A DNA stretch of 61,156 bases, filler included, from Porpidia crustulata (Eukaryota): NCBI GenBank assembly GCA_964255105.1. It is 13 parts of 13 records of this genome, joined end to end, with 100 filler letters (N's around TTAATTAATTAA, not from the genome) between each part and the next. Parts side by side here need not be neighbours in the genome. Positions count along the whole stretch, not along the records: positions 33,052 to 37,660 come from CAXUWE010002038.1; positions 37,761 to 42,362 come from CAXUWE010002039.1; positions 42,463 to 47,063 come from CAXUWE010002040.1; positions 47,164 to 51,762 come from CAXUWE010002041.1; 9 more parts are not named here. The stretch is one strand, 5' to 3'. Under the pieces are notes generated by a model that saw nothing but the letters and a program-made list of their open reading frames with translations, was not told the origin of the DNA and ran no database searches. A program made the translations under genes and the position numbers. Below are positions 36,780-48,651 of this stretch, piece after piece (the first letter of the stretch is position 1; every line of letters begins with the position of its first letter).

Positions 36780-37660
36780 GAAGAATTTTGATGTATGATG
36801 TTATCGTTGGGGATAAGAAAAAGATGAGCTTTCAGATAGTGGGCAATCCTATTTGCTGAATTCCTTATATCGTAGTGTAAGAGTAACAATCTTGAGAAAA
36901 TTTATGAACTCGCCCCTGAGCTATGGTGTGATTGATATTAGATGATTGTCAGTGTGATATACTATGTGTCGCTCTCGAGATAAGGTAATTTGTCGCTAGA
37001 CAGGGGCCTGCTCGATAGGTGAGTATATGATTTCCATTTAAGGCGAAAAATTGGCGCCTTGGAATCCTCATCTCCCTTGATTTTGAAGACGGTCGATAGG
37101 TAGTTGGGTAAGCTCTTGATTTTTGAAGTCAATCTTGATCTCTGCTATTCAACAACTGGCTAGTCCAGATGGTCCTCGCCTGATCATTGCTCAGCTCGGA
37201 GAAGTTGAGGTTGCGAAATGGAAAGTCAGGACCTGGCATTGGTGGCACAGAGTAACTATGATAGAGGTCTCGAGGGAAGCTAAAAGGGATTCCAATAGAT
37301 AATCACTCGCAGCACAAGGCTGTTCGTCACGATCTCTCTAGGACTCATATCTTTCTTAGCAGGAAGCCGTGTAGCATGTGAGAACTCATCAGTAACTGCT
37401 GTCACAATTTCATTTCCCCATGAACAGGCTTGGTCAGTACCACCGGAGATGACATTGCAGCACTCCGTTCGAATCTCAATGATATCAGAGCCATCTCTTG
37501 GACGATTTGACAACATTGCTGGAAGCTCTTGGTCTCCATTATAAGTGTGTACAGAAGTATGGATGAGGCTCACCATTAACCTTCCCGAACCACGTTACTG
37601 TAGTCAATCCCACTAACCCCAATACAGCTTCTACAACTCCACCCACCCACAACCTACCTT

Positions 37661-37760
37661 NNNNNNNNNNNNNNNNNNNNNNNNNNNNNNNNNNNNNNNN
37701 NNNNTTAATTAATTAANNNNNNNNNNNNNNNNNNNNNNNNNNNNNNNNNNNNNNNNNNNN
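37661..37760. other. Artificial contig spacer
   Basis: N44-TTAATTAATTAA-N44. Confidence 0.99.
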
Positions 37761-38139
37761 GCTGGAGAGGGGAGAGGGGACCAAGGGCAGGGAAATTATT
37801 CGCGTCACTGTGCCGGAAGATAGGACTGATGATTTGGTCGCCGGTGGGGTGGTAAATGGTGGGGGGCCGCACAAGTTGCTGCTGCAAGATGCGCGAGGGG
37901 AGAGGATGTATGGGATTGAGTTGAAGAGTGTGGATGGAGTGGGGGTAGGGATGAGTATCGGAACTAAGATTGCTTTGCGGGCCGCGACGGTTGTGAGGGC
38001 CGTGGTACTGTTGGAACCGAGGAGTACGATTTTGCTCGGTGGGAAGCTTGAGGGACTGCATAAGCAGTGGAGGGAGGGGAGGAAAGAGGAGCTGAAGAAA
38101 GCCATTGAAGCGAGTGAATGGGAGAGGAGGGGCGGTTAA
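37761..38139 (+). CDS. RMI1: RecQ-mediated genome instability protein 1, OB-fold fragment (5' truncated)
   Basis: HKLLLQDARGERMYGIELK...IGTKI...VVLLEP...LLGGKLEGL matches the RMI1 OB-fold. Confidence 0.85.
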
Positions 38140-38281
38140 GGGCCGCTTGAGTGCATGCTGTGTGCTTTCTACAGCCAGAGGTCTTCAGAGCGTCCTCTAG
38201 AGAGCCGTATGACTTCGGATCCGGAGCCGCAATGTTCCACGTTTCAAGTGAGTCAATCTCTGCATTCGGCCAATAAATCGA

Positions 38282-39625
38282 CTAATCAAGATCGTTGAAA
38301 TTCCAGACGCAGAGTTTCTTATCATAGAAGCTTGTTGACAGAAATGTCATATTTCTCACGTCCCCACTCATTGGGAGGCAAGCTTCACTGGCGTAGTTCA
38401 TACTCCCGTGCCTCTCAAAGCTTGCCAGTGCTCTGATAGTCCAAGTCCCTTCTACCAATCGAGAAATCCTCAGGATCCTTACGCCAGCGTGCATACAGCT
38501 CGCAAGAACGTTTATGCTTACTCTGGGTCCTTCAGTGCTTTCAGCTCTGCTTAAGACTTTTAGTCTCCACACACCTCCACCCAGCCGCTTCTCAGCAAGG
38601 ACCTTGGATCTCCTGTTGGCTACAGCGGGTTCGAGCACGCGGATGTTTTCGTCATAGCTCCCAGTGATAAGTATTTCTTGCAAATTGGAATTTGGCATAG
38701 AGATAGGTAATATCGCAGTGACGCCTGCGCCGTGTGTTTTCGTATCACGGCTTAGTGGCTCATATTCAATTTCCGCTGGACCTTCTCCTTCTACATGCAC
38801 ATTCTCGAATTTTAAATCCTCGCTGTGCCTACAAAGCATCGAATCATCACCACCAGAGTACAAATTTGTCACTCCGTCGGTACTTGCTACTGCTGACCAC
38901 GAAATCGTCCACACCTCGAGAGAATGAGATTGCACGATCCTCAAAGTTGTAAATGGAGTTTGATGGTCGAAAATACCAATCTGACCGGTTGATAACGAAA
39001 CCGCTATCGTCGAAGGCGTGGAACCAGAAGGCTTCCAAGCCAATGAAAGCACCAGAACCGATGGATCAGCTATCTGAATGGATTTGAGGCTTATGATGGG
39101 GCGACCACTCATCAAATCCAGCAGGAAAAACTCGACAGCGCCTGTGCTTGCGGCTACAGCAAAGGTGTTGGGATCACGGGGTGAGAAGTGGAGATCAAGG
39201 ACAGCGTAGGATGTGGGCAATGTCTGAATGAATGTAATAATAGGGCGTTCAGGTGGACTTGGTGACTGAATGTCGTTTATGAAGCCTGTAGGAGAAACGC
39301 GACCTTCGAGACTGTTGTTTACAGGTGACACCTCTACATCCAGTTCATATAGTCGTCCTAAAATTAGGCTTCCGCTCCGTCTTGCTTCTACTTGTGATCT
39401 TTGAACAGCTCCTGAATCAGCACTCTCAGCTTCACCAGCTTCCTGGTTGAGAAAATAAGTCCCGATGATGAAGGTATGGGTGTGCAGCGAAGAGAACTCG
39501 ATGCAGCTAGGAGGTAAGTCAAGGATTATCGTCTCGACTGAATTTATGATAGCTACATTCTGGTCTTCTCCACAGGGATCGGATTCAAACATCATCTTCG
39601 ACAATGACCAGTGGTCATGGCACAT
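38282..39625 (-). CDS. DPH7: Diphthine methyl ester hydrolase (WD40)
   Basis: HSLEVW, LYSGGDDS, HGAGVTAI, TGSYDE, LGGGVWRLK, LASCMHAG, HGSMNY, TSFYDK motifs. Confidence 0.9.
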   Translation of the reverse strand: MCHDHWSLSKMMFESDPCGEDQNVAIINSVETIILDLPPSCIEFSSLHTHTFIIGTYFLNQEAGEAESADSGAVQRSQVEARRSGSLILGRLYELDVEVSPVNNSLEGRVSPTGFINDIQSPSPPERPIITFIQTLPTSYAVLDLHFSPRDPNTFAVAASTGAVEFFLLDLMSGRPIISLKSIQIADPSVLVLSLAWKPSGSTPSTIAVSLSTGQIGIFDHQTPFTTLRIVQSHSLEVWTISWSAVASTDGVTNLYSGGDDSMLCRHSEDLKFENVHVEGEGPAEIEYEPLSRDTKTHGAGVTAILPISMPNSNLQEILITGSYDENIRVLEPAVANRRSKVLAEKRLGGGVWRLKVLSRAESTEGPRVSINVLASCMHAGVRILRISRLVEGTWTIRALASFERHGSMNYASEACLPMSGDVRNMTFLSTSFYDKKLCVWNFNDLD

Positions 39626-40039
39626 GATGTGTTCGGTCCATGCTGCATCTGTATATCTAGCTTTTTGATATAGGCGAAGAGAACTCGATATCCAATTATA
39701 AGTATTAAGGATTGTCTGTAAATCGTCTTCGTCCGTTTGAGGTCAGCGCTTAGTGATAGCCGCCGCCGGCATTGAATCCGTAGAGCTGACATGGTTGGCT
39801 TAACTGTTGATTGGACGCCTCTATATGGAATATTTCCCTATTAGATGGACTAAAGCAGCTGAAAATATGCCAGTACTTATCACTACTTTAGTCCGTTGTG
39901 CTATGAGTCAGACACCGTTGGAATGCGGAAGGCCGGCTTCAATACATCAAGGCCAGAAGTCCAGGCTTAAACCGATGCTCAACGACCTATCTTCGCCTTT
40001 CATAAACATCCTAAGAAAAGCTATTTGACCAAATCGAGA

Positions 40040-41185
40040 ATGTCTACAGAAGCTTTGACACCTGAGCTGAAGGACTATCACGGCAGTTGCCATTGCGGGA
40101 ATTTCAGGTTCTCTGTCAAACTTCCACCGCTTAAGCAAGTTACGGCCTGTAGTTGCAGCATTTGTTCCAGAGTATATATTTCATCGATTCGCCCGTCGTT
40201 CTTCCAAGGCTTCAAGTGATTGACTTGTCACTGATATTAGAACGGCTATCTCTGGGCCTTCCCTGCCAAAGGTCACTTGACGCTCGAAAAAGGAAAAGAC
40301 AGTCTCAAGCAGTATGAGTTCGGCCAAAAAACTATGGCCCACGAAGTAAAGCTCACTTCCAACAAGTCTCACAGACGAAGCAACTAACACACGAAGTTCT
40401 GCCCCAATTGTGGCACATCTGTATTGGGTCGCAGACGTAATACGCCAGAAGGCACCGGTATAGGTGTCAATGTAAGAGAACAAAGCCTTATGCTGGGGGC
40501 TGTTTTGCAGCAGTAGCTAAAAATTTTGTCTCCCAGGTGCGAGCAATTAGGGACGTTGACCTGGACGGCTTGGATGTAAAAATGTAAGTATTCCTGGGCT
40601 CTGGCTGTCCTTCACCTGCTCTGCGTATGCTTCACCACGGTATCTGGTCCATCACTCGACTTTGGTTTCTTGGCACTCGCTGATCTATCATCATACTCCG
40701 TCAGGTATGACGGCTCGAAGCTAGAGCCGCCTTACCAGGCACCAAAGCCTCCAAGCCATGTATCAAAGGCCGATTACGAAGCAAATCTGCAGGTGTATGA
40801 GGGGAGTTGTCATTGTGGTGCTTTTACCTACACGGTAAAGACAGAGGCTCTCACTGAAGCGGAAGTCACATCTTGTGATTGCAGCATTTGTGGTCGCGTA
40901 TGATTTTCTTCCCACATCCCGGAGGCCCCAAGCTCATTGTCTTAGAATGCCGATCTGTGGATCTATGTAGACAGGAATTCGACCACGCTTCATGGCGAGG
41001 ACAAGATTAAGTCCTACCTCTTCGGCCCAAAGACAATTTCCCACGACTTTTGCGAGACCTGTGGGGTCTCAGTTTCCGAAGGCTTGGCTGTGGGCGATGG
41101 CGGTCTGGGGTTGAATGCGCGGACATTGAATGGCATCGATCTAGCGAGTTTGAAGGTCAAAAATGAGGATGGTAAATCACTTTAA
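40040..41185 (+). CDS. Tandem GFA/CENP-V (Mss4-like Zn-binding) domain protein, multi-exon
   Basis: Two GSCHCG...C.CSIC...FC..CG modules. Confidence 0.88.
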
Positions 41186-41750
41186 GAGGGAGAGTAGGGC
41201 ATCTAAGATATCAGTGGATGCCTATGTAAACTTGCAGCATGGAAAGAAATGCGCTTTTAGAAAGCCGCAAAGTTCCTAATTGTAAAACTTTGAGTATTCT
41301 CTACTAGAAATTCAAACACGTCAAACGTAAGAATGTTAATGAGGCACTTTTAATTTAATATTTGAATGGAAGATCAGTAGACTCGGAAGCCCAAGTCGAT
41401 ATGATCAGCTGCTGCTTGAAGGCGGTACTTCTGACCACATTCTGCACGTGCAGTCGAGCACGGGCGTTCTAATAATTACAAGATAGGCTTCATGAAGCAG
41501 TGCCATCAGGCTCTCAAGAAAAAACTCCCAGTTACGGTTTATTCTGAATGACAGAACAAAGACTTAACTTCTTCGAGGCCTTAAAGTGAGTATGCGGAAT
41601 TCAAGTCGAAAAATACCACGTATCGTTACCGGCTACGTTAGTTTCGCCGCGCTATGGCGAAACTTATTCTCCTACCTGAAATCATTCAATATCACGCCCA
41701 TCAACGGCCAGCAACAGTCCACCAAGCCATCCACCATCCATTTATCCACA

Positions 41751-42362
41751 ATGTCCACCTCCGATCTCACCAAGATTCTCTCTCAGCTTCACTCCCATAT
41801 CCCACCGCCCGCCGACAAAATCGCCTCCCTCCTCTCCAAAGCCAAACGAAATCTCCTCGAGCTAAATGCCCTTCTCCCCACCCCCACAACCTCTCCGCAC
41901 ATCCTCCTCCTCGCCCGGGAAACCCTCGAAACGGGCGCTTTGATGTCAATTCGTCTACAACAGCCCGACGCTTTCACACGATACTATCAGCAGCTACTTC
42001 CATTCTACGAACTCCCTCAATCATCGTTCAAATCCTCGCACCATGAAACTCATGGTGCGAGCGTCAAGGGTCAGCGAAGTAAGATTACAGCGCTGTATCT
42101 ACTGCTGCTGCTGACAAAGGGCGACTACGCGGGCTTCCACACCGTACTCGAGGGTCTCGAGGTCGAGGAGGCAGGCAAGGGCCACGGACTTGTGAAGGAC
42201 GAATTTATCCAGTACCCTGTCGAGCTAGAGCGGTGGTTGATGGAAGGAAGCTACGACCGTGTCTGGGGCGCCACGAAGCGAGAAGGCGTCCCCAGCGAGG
42301 AGTTTGCCGTCTTCAGCGAGGTATAGAGGGGGGGGGGCGGCCCGGGGCGCCGGCGCGGATCC
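41751..42362 (+). CDS. RPN12: 26S proteasome lid subunit Rpn12 (3' truncated)
   Basis: LLARETLETGAL, FTRYYQQL, FHTVLE, IQYPVELERWLMEGSYDRVW. Confidence 0.92.
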
Positions 42363-42462
42363 NNNNNNNNNNNNNNNNNNNNNNNNNNNNNNNNNNNNNN
42401 NNNNNNTTAATTAATTAANNNNNNNNNNNNNNNNNNNNNNNNNNNNNNNNNNNNNNNNNNNN
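42363..42462. other. Artificial contig spacer
   Basis: N44-TTAATTAATTAA-N44. Confidence 0.99.
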
Positions 42463-43028
42463 TGACTGGAGTGTCCATGGGAAGAAGACTGAAATGGACA
42501 TTCGAGTGGGGTTCGAATATTTGACGCATAGGGTTATATCCATTCATGAAGTTTCTGAGCAAAAGACATGGATAAGGCATGATCTCAGAGAGAGGGGGTT
42601 CGTCAGGGTGTATAATCCTAGGCACGGCTCAATTATGGAGTTGTATCCGCAGGTCGGATCAGATCGAAGGCTTCGTGAGCGACGCTCTATTGAGAGGACC
42701 CAGACGGCGTATTCGAGTCTCGATGTTGGTTGAGAAGGAAAGGTTTAGGTATCGGGTCCAAGACTAACTGATATCTAAGGTATTTTCTAAGAATTACCTC
42801 CATAGAAGGACCAATTCCAACAGCTTAGACTCGCCATCGGCCTATGGCTTGTAGTGCTTGCCGCTCCGCGGTATGCATTACAAGACCCAAGTTGACACCT
42901 CGAATGGACCTACAGACTCCCAGTCTGCTCCAACACCACAATTACCACCGCAAAGTTATGCCTCGTCATTCAGAGCAGGCCCGACTTTGCAATATCCGCT
43001 ATGGCGTGGGCATTTATACCTAGGAAAA

Positions 43029-44558
43029 TTATTCGCTCCCTAGGAGGTTTTCTGTTGAGCCGTCTGAGCTATGTGACACCACGTGCCTCTCGCTAGCTAC
43101 GTCTGTTTCCTCTGCCACGGGCTCGCCTTTTGCAAGGCGTCTCAGAGCTGGTTTGGTCTGTGCAGCCAATTCTCGACCGAGACACATTTGTAGAAAGTGC
43201 TTTCGCATCAGCAGGTTCCTAGATTTACGGACGACAAGCTTCCGCTTCTTCACCTTGCGCTTCTGAGAATCCTCAATATCGTGTGATAAGTTCGATGCTG
43301 TCTCTGGCGGAATAGTAATACGACTGGCTAAAGGGTCACCATCTTGTGACAGTTCCGACGCTTGATCAGAGTCTTCCGCTTGATAAGGGTCACGAAGCTG
43401 CTTGTCCGGTTCCGAGGGCGCTGATGGAGGACAGGTGGTACCAGGCTCAGACGCATCACTAGCTCTTTGAATAAATATTCTAGGCGGAGGGAGAGTCGAA
43501 GGCTTCTTCAATGACGCCTTTGATGAGGCAAGGGGACTACCAAAATCACGCACTATAACAGGGGATTGGACCCTTGATAGCTCCTCGCCTCCTTCGACGG
43601 TCTTGGATGGTGCTCCTGCTTTTGTTTCCGGGGAGGTATGTACCGAGTCCATTGGCTGCTCGGAAGAGTCGTTTGAAGTTAGAGATGTTTCGCCCATGGT
43701 AGAATGGTTAGGAGACGGCTTTTCGACCGCTGTGGTATGAGTCTTTGGTCAGCTCTGGGTAATCTCTGTTTCTTAATACTATTTGTGTGACATACCTTGC
43801 TCGGAGCTGTCGGATATAGTCTTAGCACCTTCTTGATAAGTTGCATGCTGTTCCGCGTCGGCACTGTCATCAGAGCTTGACAAGGATGAGTCCTCGCCGT
43901 GCTTGCGATTGCTTTCCTCACGCCCTTCATTGACCAGTTTGGCTTCTTCATGATGAGCTGCGTTCTCTTCTTCGTCGGTACTGGCATCGGACCTTGAATG
44001 TGAGGACTCCTCGGCATGGTCACAATTTTTCTCATTGCACGGATCTTGCAACCAACGATTCATACACTCATCACTGCAGCTAGACGACGTATCTCTTACT
44101 CTCTCTTGCGTAGATGAAGTTTCGTCGCTATCTTCCGTCTGCTGAACATCCTTTTCTTGCGTTTGTCTGGATTGAGCGGCTCCTTCTTCGTGCTGGTGAC
44201 TGGCATCTTTTTCTGCATCTGGTCCGCTCTTTCGAGGATCTGTCTCTTGCTTATTTTCACTTCCATTGTTCTGAATGTTCTGATCTTCAGGAACAGCGGT
44301 CTCGCAAGATGGCGTAAGACTGCCAGTACCGCTTGGAGTAACAGATCGAGAAGATCGAGTAGGAGAAGGCTGGCGGATAGAATCCTCTTCTTTTGCCGTT
44401 GGCGAGACCTCGGCCTGCTCATCCGGCGTATGCAGAGAACCTGCTGCAGATTTCTTAGACTGTGCTGAGACAAGGTGAGGCCAGCTCCACCCCTGTGACT
44501 TGGACGATCTCAATTCTGGCTTCTTCTTATAGGGTTGATCTTGAGGAGGCTGAGGCAT
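43029..44558 (-). CDS. Hypothetical low-complexity, likely disordered protein (2 exons) with basic NLS-like C-terminal patch
   Basis: ORFs 43779-44678 and 43029-43697 join in frame via a GTATGT...CTGAC...CAG intron (about 43730-43795); KRKVKKRKLVVRK. Confidence 0.65.
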
Positions 44559-45127
44559 GACGACATGAACTGGAGACTGAAAGGATATGGGATATGGATG
44601 AAAGACTAAAGGGAATGGGGAATACGACTGATTGGCCACAGAGCATGGGGAGTATGACTGGATGGCCAACCACAACATGGATTGAAAAGAAGAATGTCAG
44701 AGCAGGTGGGCATTTGCATTTGGCAGTAGTCAAGCGCTGTTCTCAATGCGGCCATCACTACCCTGGACTCGTAAAACGCTTGGAGGTACTTCTGGCAACA
44801 TCTTGGGGAAGGCGTGATTCAGACCGTTGACATACAGGTATTCAAATCACATACTTGAATGTTAGAATTGTTAAGATATGCTTGTCATTTATCAGTCAAA
44901 TAACATGTCAAAACAGAAGATAATCTTCTACCTTTACCGCGAGTCCCTTTGTTCAGTGCTTCGAAAATACCTTCGATTATCGGATCTTAGTCACGTGACC
45001 TTCGCCTGCCGTCGGCTACTTGGTCGCTGATTGGCTCAACTCAACGAATACCGACAACCTCCTCTACTCACCACCGCAACTTCAGGACTTTGGGAGAGTG
45101 GCGTCGCTGTAGCGCGGAATTGGAAGC

Positions 45128-46950
45128 ATGGCGATGAGTGTGGATGCGAAGTTGCTGAAGCAGACTAAATTCCCTCTGGAGTTTAGTCAGAAGGTGGACA
45201 TGAAGAAGGTGAACGTCGAGGTCATGAAGAAGTATGCCCATATGATCCCAATAGCAACATTCTCTTGAATTGAACACCACTGCAGGTGGATTGCCGGTAA
45301 GATTTCGGAAATTCTTGGGAACGAGGACGACGTCGTCATCGAGCTTTGCTTCAATTTACTGGAGGGTTCACGCTTTGTGAGTGATATTACCAGAACTGCA
45401 ATGCAGCCTTTTGCTGATGGTTCAAGTACAGCCGGACATCAAAGTACTACAAATCCAGCTTACTGGTTTCCTCGACAAGGATACACCGAAATTCTGTAAA
45501 GATCTTTGGACCTTGTGTCTAAGTGCGCAGAGCAACCCCCAAGGTGTACCGAAAGAGTTACTGGAAGCCAAAAAGCTGGAATTGATACAAGAAAAGGTGA
45601 TAGTCGCTGGGATACACGCCATTAAATTAGCGCTCACCTTGACACTAGATCGATGCAGAGAAAGCCGCTGAAGAGGCACAGCGACGAAAGGAGCAGGAGA
45701 TCCAACGTGACCGGAATATCGATTCTATTCGTCAACGGGAGCGCGGTGAACGTGGGAGAGGCCGTGGTAGAGGCGATAGGGGAAGTCGAGATTTCGATCG
45801 AGGCCCACCTCGGTATTCTAGATCTCCACCTCCACGACGTCGAAGTCCACCCCCCAGAACCGATTATCGTGGCCCTCCACCTCGGCGTGACATCGACACA
45901 TACATTCCAGGCGACCGTGGTGGCCGTCGACCACATGTCCGACGTCGTCGATCACCCTCAACAAGAAGGCCAATCTCGCGGTCTCCTTCTAGATCTGTTA
46001 CACCACCGCGACGCCGGCGCCGTGACGACGACGAATCGCCAAGACCACGCCGTCGACGACGTAATTCTTCCAGATCTCCAACCCCACCGCCCCGAGGTTT
46101 TGGTAGAGGCAAGGGAAGAAGAAGTCCAGGTCGTGGTGATGCTCGAGCTAGATCCTTCACACCTTCAGAAACCTCTCGCTCACGTTCCCCTAGAAGAAAC
46201 CGGAAGCGGCGATCCCCTTCCATCTCCTCTCGTAGCCCTACTCCTCGTCCCAGATCAAGGCGCGCTCGGCGGCGACCTACAGCGTCCCCATCAAGGTCAC
46301 GTTCTCGTTCATTAGGTAGAGATCGAAGGCGTTCTGGCAGATCCCGAAGATCACCCTCTTACTCTACTGACCACGACATGGTTGACACAAGAGCTGATTA
46401 TCGTAAGGAGCGCAGACACCGTGATGACCGGCGTTACAGCCGTAGCAGAGACCGAGGCCCTCGGCCAGTCCGCGCAATTGCCAGCAAGAGCCCAGACCTC
46501 GAAAGGCACAGAGACCGGAAGAGGCATCGTTCGATCGAGAGATATGCTCCCGCCGGTAGGAGGAGACGCAATACATCCTCAGTCTCCTCACCCGTTGACA
46601 AACGGCGCAAGACGGCTGACTCCTCCGCGGACGAAGCGAGCAGAAACCGACCGGAGCCAAGGAGCCCGGGCCCGGAGAAACGCTCGGTTGTAGCCGATAG
46701 GACCCAAGAGGTGGGTAGTGCTTCATAACAAGCGTCCGTGAAGAAGTAGTGTTCGGCCCTCCCTTTCTCTTCATTGTTCCATCACACATTGTTCACTGGC
46801 ATCATGTTTCGTCCCAATTACTGACTTCGAAACCTGACTTTCCAGTCTCGATCGCCCACCCTCACGGCTTCCGAGCTCCGCGAAAAGCTCCTCAGGGAAA
46901 AGGTGATGGCGCTTCGGAAATCGAGCAGTAGCCAGAGAGAAGGGGGTTGA
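45128..46950 (+). CDS. PWI-domain SR-rich splicing factor (SRm160/SRRM1-like), multi-exon
   Basis: TKFPLEFSQKVDMKKVNVEVMKKWIAGKISEILGNEDDVVIELCFNLLE...QLTGFLDK (PWI), then RS/RSPS repeats; ends ...LREKLLREKVMALRK. Confidence 0.9.
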
Positions 46951-47063
46951 GATGGGGCGTGAGACACGGTGTACATAATCGGACCGATAGGTAGCAATGA
47001 CAAGCTGTATTCAACGGTAATTACGGCGACTTCCTTTCCAAATCCCGCCGCCAAACCAAAACG

Positions 47064-47163
47064 NNNNNNNNNNNNNNNNNNNNNNNNNNNNNNNNNNNNN
47101 NNNNNNNTTAATTAATTAANNNNNNNNNNNNNNNNNNNNNNNNNNNNNNNNNNNNNNNNNNNN
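47064..47163. other. Artificial contig spacer
   Basis: N44-TTAATTAATTAA-N44. Confidence 0.99.
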
Positions 47164-47550
47164 TAAACAGAAGGTTCGTAGCCAGCACCGCGTACAGGTG
47201 GGTTTCGTCGCTGGCCTGAAGTGGAGATTAGTTTAGCAGATTGACAATAAACGAGAGCCATACCACATGGTAAATGGCTTGTTCTAGGTATTGATATATA
47301 TACACAGAAAGGGAAGTTATTCTCATTATGAATAGGAATACCTTGCTGCGTTAGGGTATTAAACCCAGGAGCGTACTCGCACCGATGCCGTGGAGTAGTA
47401 AAACTACGAAAGATCTCATAAATGAACACTCAGCACCTCATACAGGATTTCTATCAGGGGCCGATGCAAAATGAAGGTTTGGGATCGTAGGGTTTGCGAA
47501 TTCTAGTGACCGCCGCCTTGGGGGAATCCATGCAATTTAGAACCGTTGTA

Positions 47551-47696
47551 TTTTCACGTCGATGTACTCGAATCCACCCCTACGTCGAATCCACCCCTCA
47601 ACAGAACAGCAGGCCCAGGGTTAGGGCTGATTCCACTAGTTTCAGCCTAATTGTTCCGTTGAGGGGTGAGAACGAGCAAGGGTGTTTGCATGAAAA
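47551..47696. mobile_element. Putative MITE-like fold-back relic with 17-bp-period internal direct repeat
   Basis: TCGAATCCACCCCT x2 (47568, 47585); inverted arms CACCCCTCAAC (47592) / GTTGAGGGGTG (47658); outer TTTTCA/TGAAAA. Confidence 0.4.
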
Positions 47697-47959
47697 CTGA
47701 AATGACATCATAGATACCTTGAACATTGCGCCGAGAGCTACTATATTTGCAATTTTGACGCTTCAAGCATGCTGCTGAAGACATTCAAACTTGATGAAAT
47801 TTTAGTTTCTGCAGGCGTATCCCTCACATATCAGCATAACACGAGTCACGCAAGTCTACAAAGTTTGCAATTTTTCGAAAGCCCAATGTTGAAAGCCTCG
47901 TCTAACCGGTCTGTAGCTTCAACATATACCAGACATCAGTGATCTTTTGGATAATCACA

Positions 47960-48178
47960 ATGCCAGGCTCATCCTTCAATATCCTTGACTCTTTCAAACC
48001 TAACACCTCCGACGGCAAGAATCCCGCTGCAGCACAACCGGAGAAAACCTTCAACATCTTAGGCTCCTCCAAACTCAATACAGCCAATGGCAAGAATCCT
48101 GCCTTCCGTGGATCTGGCCAAGTAAGAGAAGCCACTCAACCAGGTGATGATCGAAAGGCGATGTCGAAAGGCCCATAA
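47960..48178 (+). CDS. 72-aa microprotein with two 25-aa-period repeats
   Basis: CACAATG start context; FNILDSFKPNTSDGKNPA / FNILGSSKLNTANGKNPA with several synonymous differences. Confidence 0.55.
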   Translation: MPGSSFNILDSFKPNTSDGKNPAAAQPEKTFNILGSSKLNTANGKNPAFRGSGQVREATQPGDDRKAMSKGP

Positions 48179-48651
48179 TAATATGGAGAGGAGGATGTGG
48201 GATGACAAGTCGATTTCTAGATCAAGAGACCAGCATATGAAGGGACATGAAAGGCGATATATCTACAGGCGACTGGAACTGTCCGAAAGGCTACGATTGT
48301 GATCAGTAGGCAGACTAGCATTTTTTCATTTTGTACATCCGCAGTAAACGATGGCAATCAAGGTCATCAAAATAGCATAAGGAATTTATTCGTGCTTTAT
48401 AAAATCAAATAGCTGCTGTGGAAGGCAGGCGTGCTGTGACAGCCTATCTCGTTCTGGATGTGCCTGCAACAATAACATTATTACCAAGACCATCAGTCTC
48501 CATTCTCTGTAATATAGATAAAGCTATGTTCCAGCGGCTCGAAAGTCCAATTTTGAATTGGAGGTAGATGACATAATCATCTAAACGTCGTTCCGACGTG
48601 ACTATCGCCAACATTATCATGCAATCCAGATTGAAGACCTAATAAGGGGAT

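Noticed and set aside
47617..47626. AGGGTTAGGG (minus strand CCCTAACCCT) as a telomerase RNA template or telomere seed
   Set aside because: Under two repeat units, sequestered inside a short strong stem, and no pseudoknot or other telomerase RNA elements seen
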